Shown here one piece after another: positions 1 to 10,547 of a stretch of DNA of 64,000 nt. How positions within the stretch are numbered: the first letter of the stretch is position 1; every line of letters begins with the position of its first letter. The position numbers and the translations under genes were made by a program. The notes under the pieces were generated by a model. That model was not told where the DNA came from. It saw only the letters and a program-made list of their open reading frames with translations, and searched no databases. Origin of the DNA: Thalassobaculaceae bacterium. GTDB taxonomy: Bacteria; Pseudomonadota; Alphaproteobacteria; Thalassobaculales; Thalassobaculaceae. The stretch is taken from contig OZ245843.1 of NCBI GenBank assembly GCA_965228875.1, forward strand, positions 4,880,616 through 4,944,615. Reading direction: 5' to 3'.

Positions 1-386
1 GAGCCGTCGGGCTGGGTGGCCTGACGCTCGAAGTCGAACGGATCGTAAACGTGCAGGCCTCGCGACCGCCAGTCGGCGAGATCGCCGTCGCGGTTGTTGC
101 TGGCCAGCACCAGCATCGACATGCCCTCGCCGCGTATCGCCAGAAAGTCGAGGTTGTGCGCGGCGAAGGAGAAGCGGTTGTCGTCGCCGCGGGTGATCCG
201 CGACTCGTCGTCGATCTCCAGCAACTCGATGAAGTTGCCCTGCATCTGGATCAGCGAGTTGGCGGTGCCGAACGGATGCACCGCGCGCGGCGTGCAGGTG
301 AAACCGCAGGCGGACCAGGCGGCCTGGGCGGCGGCGAGATCGCGGGTCATGACCACGATGTGGTCGATATCGCGGGGTTCGGTCAT
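1..386 (-). CDS. VOC/glyoxalase-like family protein (partial, runs off window start)
   Basis: Manual translation from ATG at 386: MTEPRDIDHIVVMTRDLAAAQAAWSACGFTCTPRAVHPFGTANSLIQMQGNFIELLEI..., with the DH...HPFGTAN...IELL pattern of Glyoxalase_3 proteins. Not in the ORF track. Confidence 0.8.
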   Translation of the reverse strand, partial: MTEPRDIDHIVVMTRDLAAAQAAWSACGFTCTPRAVHPFGTANSLIQMQGNFIELLEIDDESRITRGDDNRFSFAAHNLDFLAIRGEGMSMLVLASNNRDGDLADWRSRGLHVYDPFDFERQATQPDG

Positions 387-522
387 CGCGTGGCTCCGAG
401 GTGGGGACGTGGACGGCCGAGCCTGGGGTCGACGGCCTGGTCAAGGCAACGTAGAAATCCCGCGATGTGCGGCGCGCGAAATTTTCTGTCTGTCGCCGTA
501 GCGCTATTGCAGCGGGGTAGAT

Positions 523-1764
523 ATGGCGCAGCTTCATTCCGGGTTAGGCCTGCTCGCGATTTTCGCGATCGCCTGGGCCTTGAGCGAAGGCCGTTGGCGG
601 GTCGGCTGGCGCATTCCCGTGGTGGGTATCCTGATGCAACTCGGCCTCGCCCTGGCGATGCTGCGCGTCCCGATGCTGCGCGACGGGGTGGCGACATTGA
701 ACGATGCGATCCTCTCGCTGCAGACGGCTACAAAGGCGGGAACCTCGCTGGTGTTCGGCTATCTCGGCGGAGCGCCGCTGCCGTTCCAGGAGAGCTACCC
801 CGGTGCATCGTTCGTCCTCGCCTTTCAGGCGTTGCCGCTGGTGATCGTCGTCAGCGCGCTGACCTCGGCGCTGATCTATCTGCGGATCCTGCCGTGGATC
901 GTGCGCGGCTTCGCGGCGTTGCTGGAGCGGGCCTTCGGCATCGGAGGACCGGTCGGCCTGGCCTGCGCCGCCAACGTGTTCTTCGGCATGATCGAGGCCC
1001 CCGTCCTGGCCCGCGACTACCTGCACCGCCTCGACCGGGGCGAGATGTTCATGGTGATGACCACGGGCATGGCCACCATCGCCGGCACGGTCCTGGCACT
1101 TTATGCCGGATTCGTGGCGCCGGTGGTCGACAACGGCATCGGCCATCTCATCTCGGCGTCGATCATCAGTGTGCCGGCCGCCATCGCGATCGCCGCCATC
1201 ATGGTGCCGCGCCAGGGACCGCCCACGCCCGGCGATCTCGAAATCGTCTCGCCGGCAGCTAACCTGATGGACGCGATCACCCAGGGCACCGAACAGGGGC
1301 TGCGTCTGTTCCTGTCGATTGTCGCCATGCTGCTGGTGATGGTCGCGCTGGTGAGCCTCGTCGATGCGATTCTGGGCCTCCTGCCGGAGGTGCTTGGCAG
1401 CCCGGTGTCGACCGGTGCGATGCTCTCCTGGATCTTCCGCCCGGTCGTCTGGCTGATCGGCATCCCCTGGGCCGAGGCGGGCGAGGCGGCGCGGCTGATG
1501 GGGATCAAGACCGCCCTCAACGAACTGCTCGCCTATCTCGAGTTCTCCAAGCTTCCGGAGGAGGCGATGAGCGAGCGTTCCAAACTGATCCTGCTCTATG
1601 CGCTGTGCGGCTTCGCCAATTTCGGCAGTCTCGGCATCATGATCGGAGGACTGGCAACCCTGATGCCGGACCGTCGTGGAGAGATCGCCGGCCTCGCTCC
1701 GAAGTCTCTGATCGCCGGAACCCTGGCGACCCTGGCGACCGGGGCGGTCGTGGGGGTGGTCTGA
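523..1764 (+). CDS. Concentrative nucleoside transporter (CNT, NupC family)
   Basis: Multi-TM protein with FVLAFQALP, ANVFFGMIEAP, GMATIAGTVL, KTALNELLAY and ALCGFANFGS motifs. Confidence 0.92.
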   Translation: MAQLHSGLGLLAIFAIAWALSEGRWRVGWRIPVVGILMQLGLALAMLRVPMLRDGVATLNDAILSLQTATKAGTSLVFGYLGGAPLPFQESYPGASFVLAFQALPLVIVVSALTSALIYLRILPWIVRGFAALLERAFGIGGPVGLACAANVFFGMIEAPVLARDYLHRLDRGEMFMVMTTGMATIAGTVLALYAGFVAPVVDNGIGHLISASIISVPAAIAIAAIMVPRQGPPTPGDLEIVSPAANLMDAITQGTEQGLRLFLSIVAMLLVMVALVSLVDAILGLLPEVLGSPVSTGAMLSWIFRPVVWLIGIPWAEAGEAARLMGIKTALNELLAYLEFSKLPEEAMSERSKLILLYALCGFANFGSLGIMIGGLATLMPDRRGEIAGLAPKSLIAGTLATLATGAVVGVV

Positions 1765-1983
1765 ACCGCGCCGGGCAGGACCCGCAGCCTGCACGTCGTC
1801 GGGTACACGCGCATTGACGCGCCGGATGACACCGGCTTAAGTGCCTCTCATGTGACGGGCGGGGGCCCGTCGCCAACGATGCGAGCGTCGGCCTCGCCTG
1901 CCGCGCCTCCGGAATGTCAATCCGGGAGCGGGCTATCGGGCGGTGAACCGACGACCATTGGCACACACGTGGGAGCTAATGAG

Positions 1984-3570
1984 ATGCGTAAGACTCTGCT
2001 GGCCGCCGCCGCGGCCGCCACGTTCCTCGGCGCGTTCGGCGCCGGGACGGTGGATGCGAAGACATTCCGATGGGCGTTCCAGGGCGATGCCCAGTCGCTC
2101 GATCCGTATTCCCTGAACGAGACCTTCACTCTCGGCCTGCTGGGCAACGTGTACGAGGGGCTGATCCGTCGCGGTCCGGAGCTCGATATCCAGCCGGCGC
2201 TGGCCGAAAGCTGGGAAATCCTGGAGCCGACGAAGTGGCGCTTCCACCTGCGCAAGGGTGTGAAGTTCGCCAACGGCAACGACTTCACCGCCGATGACGT
2301 GCTGTTCTCGGCCGAGCGCGTCGCCGCCGACGGCTCCGACCTCAAGACCCGCCTCGCCGGCGTGACGGACATCGTCAAGGTCGACGACCATACCGTCGAC
2401 TTCATCACCGAGACGCCCAACCCGATCCTCCACTACGAGTGGGCGACCTGGTACATCATGGACAAGGAGTGGTCGGAGGAGAACGGCGCCCTCTCGCCGA
2501 CCGACGTGACCGCTGGCAAGGAGAACTACGCCACTCGTAACGCCAACGGCACCGGCCCGTTCATGATCCAGTCGCGCGAGACGGACGTGAAGACGGTCAT
2601 GGTTCCGAACCCGAACTGGTGGGATCAGCCGAAGCACAACCTGAGCGAGGTCGTGTTCACTCCGATCGGTTCCGACGCGACCCGGGTCGCCGCCCTGCTC
2701 TCGGGCGAGATCGACATGATGTACCCGGTCCCGGTTCAGGACATGAAGCGCATCGAGGGCGACGCGAACACCGAGGTGCTCGCCGGTCCGGAACTGCGGA
2801 CGATTTTCCTCGGCATGGACCAGATGCGGGACGAGCTTCTGTACTCCAACGTCAAGGGCAAGAACCCGTTCAAGGACGTGCGGGTGCGCGAAGCGTTCTA
2901 CCGGGCGATCGACGTCGACCTGATCAAGGCCAAGGTGATGCGGGGCCTGTCGACGCCGTCGGCGATCATGATCTCGCCGTTCCTGTTCGAGCACTCGGGT
3001 GAGTTCACCCGCCTGAAGGCCGACCAGGACATGGCGCTGAAGCTGATGGAAGAGGCCGGCTACAAGGACGGCTTCGAGGTCACCATGGACTGCCCGAACA
3101 ACCGCTACGTCAACGACGAGGCGATCTGTCAGGCGGTCGTCGCCATGCTGGCCCGGATCAACGTCAAGGTGAACCTGCTGGCCCAGCCGAAGGCGCAGTA
3201 CTTCGCCAAGGTCCTGGCGCCGAAGCTGGACACCAGCTTCTACCTGCTCGGCTGGACCCCGGGCTCGTTCGACAGCTGGAACGTGATGTTCAACATCATC
3301 GGCACCCCGGAGGCCGACAGCGGCCGCGGCAAGTTCAACCTCGGCGGCTACTCCAACACCGAGTTCGACGCGCTGACCGACAAGGTGCTGTCGGAGACCG
3401 ACGCGGCCAAGCGCGACATCATGATCCGCGACGCCTTCACCATCCTGCACAACGAGCGTGGCTACATCCCGCTGCACCAGCAGGGTCTGGCCTGGGGCAA
3501 GCGGTCCAACGTGTCGCTCGAGCAGCGTGCCGACAACCAGTTCATGCTGTACTACGTCAACATGAACTGA
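1984..3570 (+). CDS. Peptide/nickel ABC transporter substrate-binding protein (family 5), copy 1
   Basis: Signal peptide MRKTLLAAAAAA after GGAG; SLDP, VYEGL, LRKGVKF, GTGPF, RVAALLSGEID motifs. Confidence 0.93.
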   Translation: MRKTLLAAAAAATFLGAFGAGTVDAKTFRWAFQGDAQSLDPYSLNETFTLGLLGNVYEGLIRRGPELDIQPALAESWEILEPTKWRFHLRKGVKFANGNDFTADDVLFSAERVAADGSDLKTRLAGVTDIVKVDDHTVDFITETPNPILHYEWATWYIMDKEWSEENGALSPTDVTAGKENYATRNANGTGPFMIQSRETDVKTVMVPNPNWWDQPKHNLSEVVFTPIGSDATRVAALLSGEIDMMYPVPVQDMKRIEGDANTEVLAGPELRTIFLGMDQMRDELLYSNVKGKNPFKDVRVREAFYRAIDVDLIKAKVMRGLSTPSAIMISPFLFEHSGEFTRLKADQDMALKLMEEAGYKDGFEVTMDCPNNRYVNDEAICQAVVAMLARINVKVNLLAQPKAQYFAKVLAPKLDTSFYLLGWTPGSFDSWNVMFNIIGTPEADSGRGKFNLGGYSNTEFDALTDKVLSETDAAKRDIMIRDAFTILHNERGYIPLHQQGLAWGKRSNVSLEQRADNQFMLYYVNMN

Positions 3571-3590
3571 CGTTCCGGACGGACACCGGA

Positions 3591-3619
3591 CCCCGGCCCG
3601 CCTGATGGCGGGTCGGGGC
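3591..3619 (+). other. GC-rich stem-loop after binding-protein gene (mRNA stabiliser or attenuator)
   Basis: ccccggcccgcc-tgat-ggcgggtcgggg inverted repeat, no adjacent U tract. Confidence 0.5.
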
Positions 3620-3659
3620 CGTGCACTTTCTGTTATTCGGTTTTCAGGTCGCGCGCCCT

Positions 3660-4649
3660 ATGGTCGCTTTCATCCTCAGACGCCTGATTCAGTCGCTGTT
3701 CGTCATGTTCTTCGTGGCGCTGGTGTCGTTCTCCATGTTCCGGTTCGTCGGCGATCCGGTGCACCAGATGGTCGGCATCGAGACGAGCCTGCAGGAGCGT
3801 GAGGCGCTGCGCGAGCGGCTCGGCCTCAACGACCCGGTGATCGTCCAGTTCGGGACCTATATCGCCAAGGCCGCGGTCGGCGAGTTCGGCGTCTCCTACC
3901 AGCACAAGCGTCCGGTCACCGAGATGCTTGTGGAGCGCATGCCGGCGACCCTGGAACTCGCGTTCATATCGGCGCTGTTCTCCCTCGTGGTGGGGGTCCC
4001 CATGGGGGTCTACACCGGGCTGAACCGGGACGGATTCTTCTCCAAACTGTTCCTGTCGATATCGCTGGTCGGCATCAGCCTGCCGACGTTCCTGATCGGC
4101 ATCCTGCTGATCTTCTTCTTCTCCGTTCAGCTCAACTGGCTGCCCTCGTTCGGACGCGGCGGCGTGGTGGACCTCGGGTGGTGGACCACCGGCTTCCTGA
4201 CGTTCGACGGCTGGAAGTCGCTGATCATGCCCTCCATCACCCTCGGCATGTTCCAGCTGACGCTCATCATGCGGCTGGTGCGCTCCGAGATGCTCGAGGT
4301 CCTGCGCACCGACTACATCAAGTTCGCGCGGGCCCGCGGACTGACCAACCGGGCGGTCCATTTCGGCCATGCGCTGAAGAACACCCTGGTGCCGGTCATT
4401 ACCATCACCGGCCTGCAGCTCGGTTCGCTCATCGCCTTCGCGATCATCACCGAGACCGTGTTCCAGTGGCCGGGCATGGGCCAGATGTTCCTGCAGGCGG
4501 TGACCACCGTCGACATCCCGATCATGGCGGCCTACCTCATGCTGATCGCGTTCTTCTTCGTGGTGATCAACCTGATCGTCGACCTGCTCTACTACGTGGT
4601 CGATCCGCGCCTGCGCGTGGACACCGGAAAGGCCAACGGTCATGGCTGA
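3660..4649 (+). CDS. ABC transporter permease (DppB/OppB-like), copy 1
   Basis: LGLNDP, ERMPATLELA, EAA loop DYIKFARARGL, HALKN, ETVFQWPGMG. Confidence 0.93.
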   Translation: MVAFILRRLIQSLFVMFFVALVSFSMFRFVGDPVHQMVGIETSLQEREALRERLGLNDPVIVQFGTYIAKAAVGEFGVSYQHKRPVTEMLVERMPATLELAFISALFSLVVGVPMGVYTGLNRDGFFSKLFLSISLVGISLPTFLIGILLIFFFSVQLNWLPSFGRGGVVDLGWWTTGFLTFDGWKSLIMPSITLGMFQLTLIMRLVRSEMLEVLRTDYIKFARARGLTNRAVHFGHALKNTLVPVITITGLQLGSLIAFAIITETVFQWPGMGQMFLQAVTTVDIPIMAAYLMLIAFFFVVINLIVDLLYYVVDPRLRVDTGKANGHG

Positions 4650-5589
4650 CAGCTCCGCCACGCCCCGGGCCGGCCTCGGCGATTCCCTGCGCCGGTTCTT
4701 CGACGGCGACATCTGGTACAGCTTCACGCGCTCGCCGATCACGATGCTGTCGGCGGCGGTGACCGCGCTCTACTTCTTCATCGCCGCCTTCGGCCATCTG
4801 GTGGCGCCGCACGACCCGTTCGACCTGGCGTCGATCTCGCTGCTCGACGCGTCGCTGCCGCCGGCCTGGATGGAGTACGGCGACTCCCGCTACCTGCTCG
4901 GGACCGACATCCAGGGGCGGGACGTCCTGTCGGCGATCATCTACGGCAGCCGGGTCTCGCTGCTGATCGGCTTCGCCAGCGTGATCCTGTCGCTGGTCCT
5001 CGGCGTCGGCCTGGGGCTGATCTCCGGCTTTGTCGGCGGGGCGCTGGATGCTTTCATCATGCGCGTCGCCGAGATCCAGCTGACGTTTCCCGCGATCCTG
5101 ATCGCGCTGCTGATCAACGGCGTCCTGCGCGGCGTGATCGAGGTGCAGAATCAGGCCGACCTCGCCTACACCGTCCTGATCCTGTCGATCGGCCTATCGA
5201 ACTGGGTGCAGTACGCCCGCACGGTGCGCGGCTCGACCATGGTCGAGCGCAACAAGGAGTACGTGCAGGCGGCCCATGTGATCGGCATCCACCCGACGCT
5301 CATCATGTGGCGTCACATCCTCCCGAACGTGCTCGGCCCGGTGCTGGTGATCGCCACCATCCAGCTGGCTCTGGCGATCATCGCCGAGGCGACCCTGTCC
5401 TTCCTCGGCGTCGGCCTGCCGCCGACCGAGCCGTCGCTCGGCACCCTGATCCGGGTCGGCAACGACTACCTGTTCTCCGGCGAGTGGTGGATCACCATTT
5501 TCCCCGGCGCGGCACTGGCGCTGCTGGTGCTCGCCGTCAACCTCCTGGGCGACTGGCTGCGTGACGCCCTGAACCCGAAGCTGCGCTGA
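4642..5589 (+). CDS. ABC transporter permease (DppC/OppC-like), copy 1
   Basis: LLGTDIQGRD, EYVQAA, HILPN, EATLSFLGVG, NLLGDWLRDALNP. Confidence 0.93.
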   Translation: MADSSATPRAGLGDSLRRFFDGDIWYSFTRSPITMLSAAVTALYFFIAAFGHLVAPHDPFDLASISLLDASLPPAWMEYGDSRYLLGTDIQGRDVLSAIIYGSRVSLLIGFASVILSLVLGVGLGLISGFVGGALDAFIMRVAEIQLTFPAILIALLINGVLRGVIEVQNQADLAYTVLILSIGLSNWVQYARTVRGSTMVERNKEYVQAAHVIGIHPTLIMWRHILPNVLGPVLVIATIQLALAIIAEATLSFLGVGLPPTEPSLGTLIRVGNDYLFSGEWWITIFPGAALALLVLAVNLLGDWLRDALNPKLR

Positions 5590-6629
5590 TGCCCCTTCTC
5601 GAAGTCGAAAACCTGGTCGTCGAGTTCCCCACCCGCAAGGGCGCGCTGACCGCGGTCAACGATATCTCGCTGCATATCGATGAGGGCGAGGTGCTTGGGG
5701 TCGTCGGTGAGTCCGGGGCCGGAAAGTCGATGACCGGTGCCGCCATCATCGGCCTGCTGGAGCCTCCGGGGCGGATCGCCTCCGGGCGGATCCTGCTCGA
5801 GGGCGAGCGGATCGACAACCTGCCCTACGAGAAGATGCGGCGGATCCGCGGCAAGAAGATCGGCGCCATCTTCCAGGACCCGCTGACGAGCCTGAACCCG
5901 CTCTACTCGGTCGGGCGCCAGCTGGTCGAGACCATCCAGACCCATACCGACCTGTCGCCGACGCAGGCGCGGGCGCGGGCGATCGAGCTGCTGACCGAGG
6001 TCGGCATTCCCGCGCCGGAGCGGCGGATCGACCAGTATCCGCATCAGTTCTCAGGCGGAATGCGCCAGCGGGTGGTGATCGCCCTCGCGCTCTGCGTCAA
6101 TCCGCGTCTGATCATCGCCGACGAGCCGACCACGGCGCTCGACGTTTCGATCCAGGCGCAGATCATCGCGCTGCTGAAGCGCCTGTGCCGTGAGCACGGA
6201 ACGGCGGTGATGCTGGTCACCCACGACATGGGCGTGATCGCCGAGACCGCCGACCGGGTCGCGGTGATGTATGCCGGCCGCATCGCTGAGATCGGGCCGG
6301 TGCGCGAGGTGATCAAGAACGCCAAGCACCCCTATACCCACGGCCTGATGGGCTCGATCCCGGCGATCGGCCACGAGTCCGAGCGTCTGGAGCAGATCCC
6401 CGGAGCGATGCCGCGCCTGACCGACATTCCGGTCGGCTGCGCCTTCAATCCGCGCTGCCCGCATACCTTCGCGAAGTGCACGACCGTGCGGCCCGACCTG
6501 CTGCCGGTGGAGGACAGCTGGACCTCGTGCTGGCTCTACGACGGCGAGGAAGGGCGGTCGATCGAGGCGTCGAAGACGCTGGTGGCCGAGACCAAGGCCG
6601 ATGCGCTGCTGGAGAGGACCGATGGCTGA
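5589..6629 (+). CDS. ABC transporter ATP-binding protein (DppD-like)
   Basis: Walker A GESGAGKS, FSGGMRQR, ADEPTTALD, HPYT and C-terminal GCAFNPRC. Confidence 0.95.
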   Translation: MPLLEVENLVVEFPTRKGALTAVNDISLHIDEGEVLGVVGESGAGKSMTGAAIIGLLEPPGRIASGRILLEGERIDNLPYEKMRRIRGKKIGAIFQDPLTSLNPLYSVGRQLVETIQTHTDLSPTQARARAIELLTEVGIPAPERRIDQYPHQFSGGMRQRVVIALALCVNPRLIIADEPTTALDVSIQAQIIALLKRLCREHGTAVMLVTHDMGVIAETADRVAVMYAGRIAEIGPVREVIKNAKHPYTHGLMGSIPAIGHESERLEQIPGAMPRLTDIPVGCAFNPRCPHTFAKCTTVRPDLLPVEDSWTSCWLYDGEEGRSIEASKTLVAETKADALLERTDG

Positions 6630-7731
6630 CGCGGCGACCAAGACCGGGACCCGAACGGCACGGCCGGTGATGCAGGATGCCGGCGGGCACGCGATCCCGA
6701 TGCTCAAGGTGCAGGGCCTGAAGCGCTATTTCGACGTGTCGGCCCCGTGGCTCAACCGGGTGATCGAGGGCCAGCCGAAGCAGACCCTGCGAGCGGTCGA
6801 CGGCATCGATTTCGAGATCGGTCAGGGCGAGACCTTCGGCCTGGTCGGCGAGTCCGGCTGCGGCAAATCGACGGTGGCCCGGCTGATCGTCGGCCTGTAC
6901 CCGCCGAGCGACGGGTCGATCGAACTGGAGGGCCGCGATATCGCCGGCCTGACGCGCCAGCAGATGGCGCCGATGCGCCGCCGTCTTCAGATGATCTTCC
7001 AGGATCCGTACGCCAGCCTGAATCCCCGCTGGCGCGTCCGCGACATCATCGCCGAGCCGATCCGCGCCTTCGGTCTCGCCCAGGGACAGGCGGCGATCGA
7101 CGCCCGGGTCGGCGAACTGCTGGAGACGGTGAAGCTCACCGCACGGGATGGCGAGAAGTTTCCGCACGAGTTCTCGGGCGGTCAGCGCCAGCGTATCTCG
7201 ATCGCCCGCGCGCTCGCCTCCGAGCCGGAGTTTCTGGTCTGCGACGAGCCGACCTCGGCCCTCGACGTCTCGGTGCAGGCGCAGATCCTCAACCTGATGA
7301 AGGACCTGCAGCGCGAGTTCGGGCTGACCTACCTGTTCATCAGTCACAACCTGGCCGTCGTCTATCACATCAGCGACCGGGTCGGCGTGATGTATCTCGG
7401 GCGTCTCGCGGAGGTGGCACCGGCCAAGACCCTGTTCGCGACGCCGCGGCATCCCTACACCCGGCTGTTGCTGGACACGATCCCGGATCTCGACATGACC
7501 GGGCGCGAGCGCATGCCGGTGGCGGGCGAGGTGCCGAACCCGATCACCCCGCCGCCGGGCTGCACGTTCCACCCGCGCTGTCCGTTCGCCAACGACCGCT
7601 GCCGCGCCGAGATCCCGATGCCCCGCCCGCTCGGCGACGGCGCCATCGTCGCCTGTCATGGCGTCGAGGAGGGCCGCATCCCCGATGGGCCGCCCCTGGA
7701 GCCGCCGGCGCGGCCGCAGGGACTGGCCTAG
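6622..7731 (+). CDS. ABC transporter ATP-binding protein (DppF-like)
   Basis: GESGCGKS, FSGGQRQR, CDEPTSALD, GCTFHPRC. Confidence 0.95.
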   Translation: MADAATKTGTRTARPVMQDAGGHAIPMLKVQGLKRYFDVSAPWLNRVIEGQPKQTLRAVDGIDFEIGQGETFGLVGESGCGKSTVARLIVGLYPPSDGSIELEGRDIAGLTRQQMAPMRRRLQMIFQDPYASLNPRWRVRDIIAEPIRAFGLAQGQAAIDARVGELLETVKLTARDGEKFPHEFSGGQRQRISIARALASEPEFLVCDEPTSALDVSVQAQILNLMKDLQREFGLTYLFISHNLAVVYHISDRVGVMYLGRLAEVAPAKTLFATPRHPYTRLLLDTIPDLDMTGRERMPVAGEVPNPITPPPGCTFHPRCPFANDRCRAEIPMPRPLGDGAIVACHGVEEGRIPDGPPLEPPARPQGLA

Positions 7732-7861
7732 CGATCGGCGGAGCGTTCGGCGCGGTCTTGCCCCTAGCCGCGATCCGCCCGCATCTCTAGATTACAGGTC
7801 AACCATGCCGCATGCCGGCATGCGACTGAGCGAACGAAAACGCCGAACAGGGGATCAACCG

Positions 7862-9451
7862 ATGAAATCGACCGTCTATGCGCTCGGTCTCGGGGTCGCG
7901 ATCGCGACCGCCGCGGCCGGGACTCTCGGGGCCGGAATGGCCGAGGCGAAGACCCTGCGCTGGGCCAGCCAGGGCGACGCGCTGACCCTCGATCCGCATG
8001 CCCAGAACGAGGGGCCGACCACCACGATGAACGCGCAGATCTATGACGCGCTCATCCTGCGCGACAAGGAACTGAAGAAGATCCCGGGCCTGGCCACGTC
8101 GTGGTCGCCGGTGGAACCGACCGTGTGGGAGTTCAAGCTCCGCGAAGGTGTCACCTTCCACGAGGGGCAGCCGTTCACCGCCGACGACGTCGTGTTCTCG
8201 TTCAACCGGGCGCTGAGCGAGACTTCCGACTTCAAGAACTACATCAACTCCGTCCAGGAGGTCCGCAAGGTCGACGACTACACCGTACAGATCGTCACCA
8301 ACGGCCCGAACCCGATCCTGCCCGACCAGATCACCTCGATCCGCATCCTGGATCAGGAATGGTCGGTGGAGCATGGCGTCGAGAAGCCGCAGGACTACGC
8401 CGGCGAGGAAGAGACCTACGCGGTCCGCAATACCAACGGCACCGGGCCGTTCATCCTGGAGAAGCGCGATCCCGGCATCGAGACCGTGCTCAAGGTCAAT
8501 GACGGCTGGTGGGGCTGGGGCGTCTCCGACCCGAAGACCAACGTCACCGAGGTGGTCTACAAGCCGATCGCCAATCCGGCGACCCGCGTCGCCGCCCTGC
8601 TGTCCGGCGAGGTCGACTACGTCCTCGACCCGCCGCTTCAGGATCTCGCCCGCATCGGCGCCACGCCGTCGCTGAAGGTTGTCCAGATCAACCAGATCCG
8701 CACGATCTTCTACGGCCTCGATGTCGGCCGGGACGAACTGCGCAACTCCAGCGTCAAGGGCAAGAACCCGTTCGCCGACCCGAAGGTTCGCGAGGCGATG
8801 TACCGCGCGATCGACGTCGAGACGATCCGGAAGAAGACCATGCGCGGCCTGTCCTTCCCGGCCGGCATCATCACCTCGCCGGGCGTGCACGGCTTCACCG
8901 CCGAGTTGGACGAGCGGCTGCCCTACGATCCGGACGCGGCCAAGGCGCTGCTGGCCGAGGCCGGCTATGCGGACGGCTTCGAGGTGCAGCTCGAGTGCCC
9001 GAACAACCGCTACAACAACGACGAGGCGATCTGCCAGGCGACCGTCGGCATGCTGGCGAAGATCGGCATCAAGGTGAACCTGAACGCGCGCCCGAAGAGC
9101 ATCCACTTCAAGGCGCTGCAGAACAAGGAGAGCGACTTCTTCATGCTGGGCTGGGGCGTGCCGACGCTGGACAGCCACTACGTCTTCTCCTACCTGGCGG
9201 CGACCGAAGGCAGCTGGAACTTCACCGGCTTCTCCGACGCCCGCCTGGACGAGCTGACGACCGCCATGGAGGTCGAGACCGACGCCGCCAAGCGCGACGC
9301 GATGATCGCCGAGGCGTGGGATATCCTGAAGGCGTCCAACGCCTATCTGCCGCTTCACCACCAGGTCATCGCCTGGGGCATGTCCGACAAGCTCGAACTG
9401 CCGATCGTGCCGAACGACAGCCCGTCGTTCCGCATGGCACAGATGCAGTAA
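7862..9451 (+). CDS. Peptide/nickel ABC transporter substrate-binding protein (family 5), copy 2
   Basis: Signal peptide; KTLRWASQGDALTLDP, GTGPF, VKGKNPFAD, CPNNRY; clear paralog of 1984-3570. Confidence 0.93.
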   Translation: MKSTVYALGLGVAIATAAAGTLGAGMAEAKTLRWASQGDALTLDPHAQNEGPTTTMNAQIYDALILRDKELKKIPGLATSWSPVEPTVWEFKLREGVTFHEGQPFTADDVVFSFNRALSETSDFKNYINSVQEVRKVDDYTVQIVTNGPNPILPDQITSIRILDQEWSVEHGVEKPQDYAGEEETYAVRNTNGTGPFILEKRDPGIETVLKVNDGWWGWGVSDPKTNVTEVVYKPIANPATRVAALLSGEVDYVLDPPLQDLARIGATPSLKVVQINQIRTIFYGLDVGRDELRNSSVKGKNPFADPKVREAMYRAIDVETIRKKTMRGLSFPAGIITSPGVHGFTAELDERLPYDPDAAKALLAEAGYADGFEVQLECPNNRYNNDEAICQATVGMLAKIGIKVNLNARPKSIHFKALQNKESDFFMLGWGVPTLDSHYVFSYLAATEGSWNFTGFSDARLDELTTAMEVETDAAKRDAMIAEAWDILKASNAYLPLHHQVIAWGMSDKLELPIVPNDSPSFRMAQMQ

Positions 9452-9487
9452 GCATGGCTGGAGCGAGACGCTCGGCCTGATACAACG

Positions 9488-9519
9488 GGGGCGGTCCGGT
9501 CGTGCGGCCGGGCCGCCCC
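9488..9519 (+). other. GC-rich stem-loop after second binding-protein gene
   Basis: ggggcggtccggtcg-tg-cggccgggccgcccc inverted repeat. Confidence 0.5.
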
Positions 9520-9554
9520 GATATCGAGGGATTGCCCAGTTTGGAAGCGACGTC

Positions 9555-10547
9555 GTGATCTCTTTCCTGATCCGTCGGATTGTGCAGGCGGTCCTGGTGA
9601 TGCTCGCCGTCGCCTTCCTGTCCTTCTCCATGTTCAACTACGCCGGCGATCCGGTGAACAACATGGTCGGCCAGGAGGCGAGCCGGGAGGACCGGGCCGA
9701 GCTGCGCGAGCGCCTTGGGCTGAACGATCCGTTTCCCGTGCAGTTCGCCCGCTTCGTGGCCAACGCCACGCGCGGGGAGTTCGGCATCTCCTATCAGATG
9801 CAGCGTCCGGTCGAGGACCTGATCGCCGAGCGCATGCCGGCGACGCTGGAACTGGTGCTGGTGTCGGCGATCCTGGCGCTGGCGACCGGTATTCCGCTCG
9901 GCGTGTACTGCGGCATCGCCCGCAATTCCTGGCTCTCCCGCTTCTTCCTGACCGTCAGCCTGGTCGGCGTGTCGCTGCCGACCTTCGTGATCGGCATCTT
10001 TCTGATCTACGTCTTCGCCGTGACGCTCGGCATGCTGCCCTCGTTCGGACGCGGCGGCGTGGTCGATCTCGGCTGGTGGAAGACCAGCTTCCTGACCGTC
10101 GACGGCTGGCGTTCGCTGATCATGCCGTCGATCACCCTGAGCCTGTTCCAGACCACGCTCATCATGCGTCTGGTGCGGGCGGAGATGCTCGAGGTCATGC
10201 GGACCGACTACATCAAATTCGCCCGCGCCCGCGGTCTGTCGAACCGGGCCATCAACTTCGGCCACGCGCTGAAGAACACGCTGGTGCCGGTAATCACCAT
10301 CGCCGGCCTCAACATCGGCGCGCTGATCGCCTTCTCGATCATCACCGAGACGGTGTTCCAGTGGCCGGGCATGGGGCTGCTGTTCATCCAGGCCGTGTCC
10401 TTCGCCGACGTGCCGATCATGTCGGCCTATCTGGTGATGGTGGCCCTGGTCTTCGTGACCATCAATCTGGTCGTCGACCTGCTGTATTATGCCGTCGATC
10501 CCCGCCTCAAGGTCGATCACGGCGCCGCCGCCGGGAGGATCTCGTGA
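9555..10547 (+). CDS. ABC transporter permease (DppB-like), copy 2
   Basis: Paralog of 3660-4649, DYIKFARARGL. Confidence 0.93.
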   Translation: MISFLIRRIVQAVLVMLAVAFLSFSMFNYAGDPVNNMVGQEASREDRAELRERLGLNDPFPVQFARFVANATRGEFGISYQMQRPVEDLIAERMPATLELVLVSAILALATGIPLGVYCGIARNSWLSRFFLTVSLVGVSLPTFVIGIFLIYVFAVTLGMLPSFGRGGVVDLGWWKTSFLTVDGWRSLIMPSITLSLFQTTLIMRLVRAEMLEVMRTDYIKFARARGLSNRAINFGHALKNTLVPVITIAGLNIGALIAFSIITETVFQWPGMGLLFIQAVSFADVPIMSAYLVMVALVFVTINLVVDLLYYAVDPRLKVDHGAAAGRIS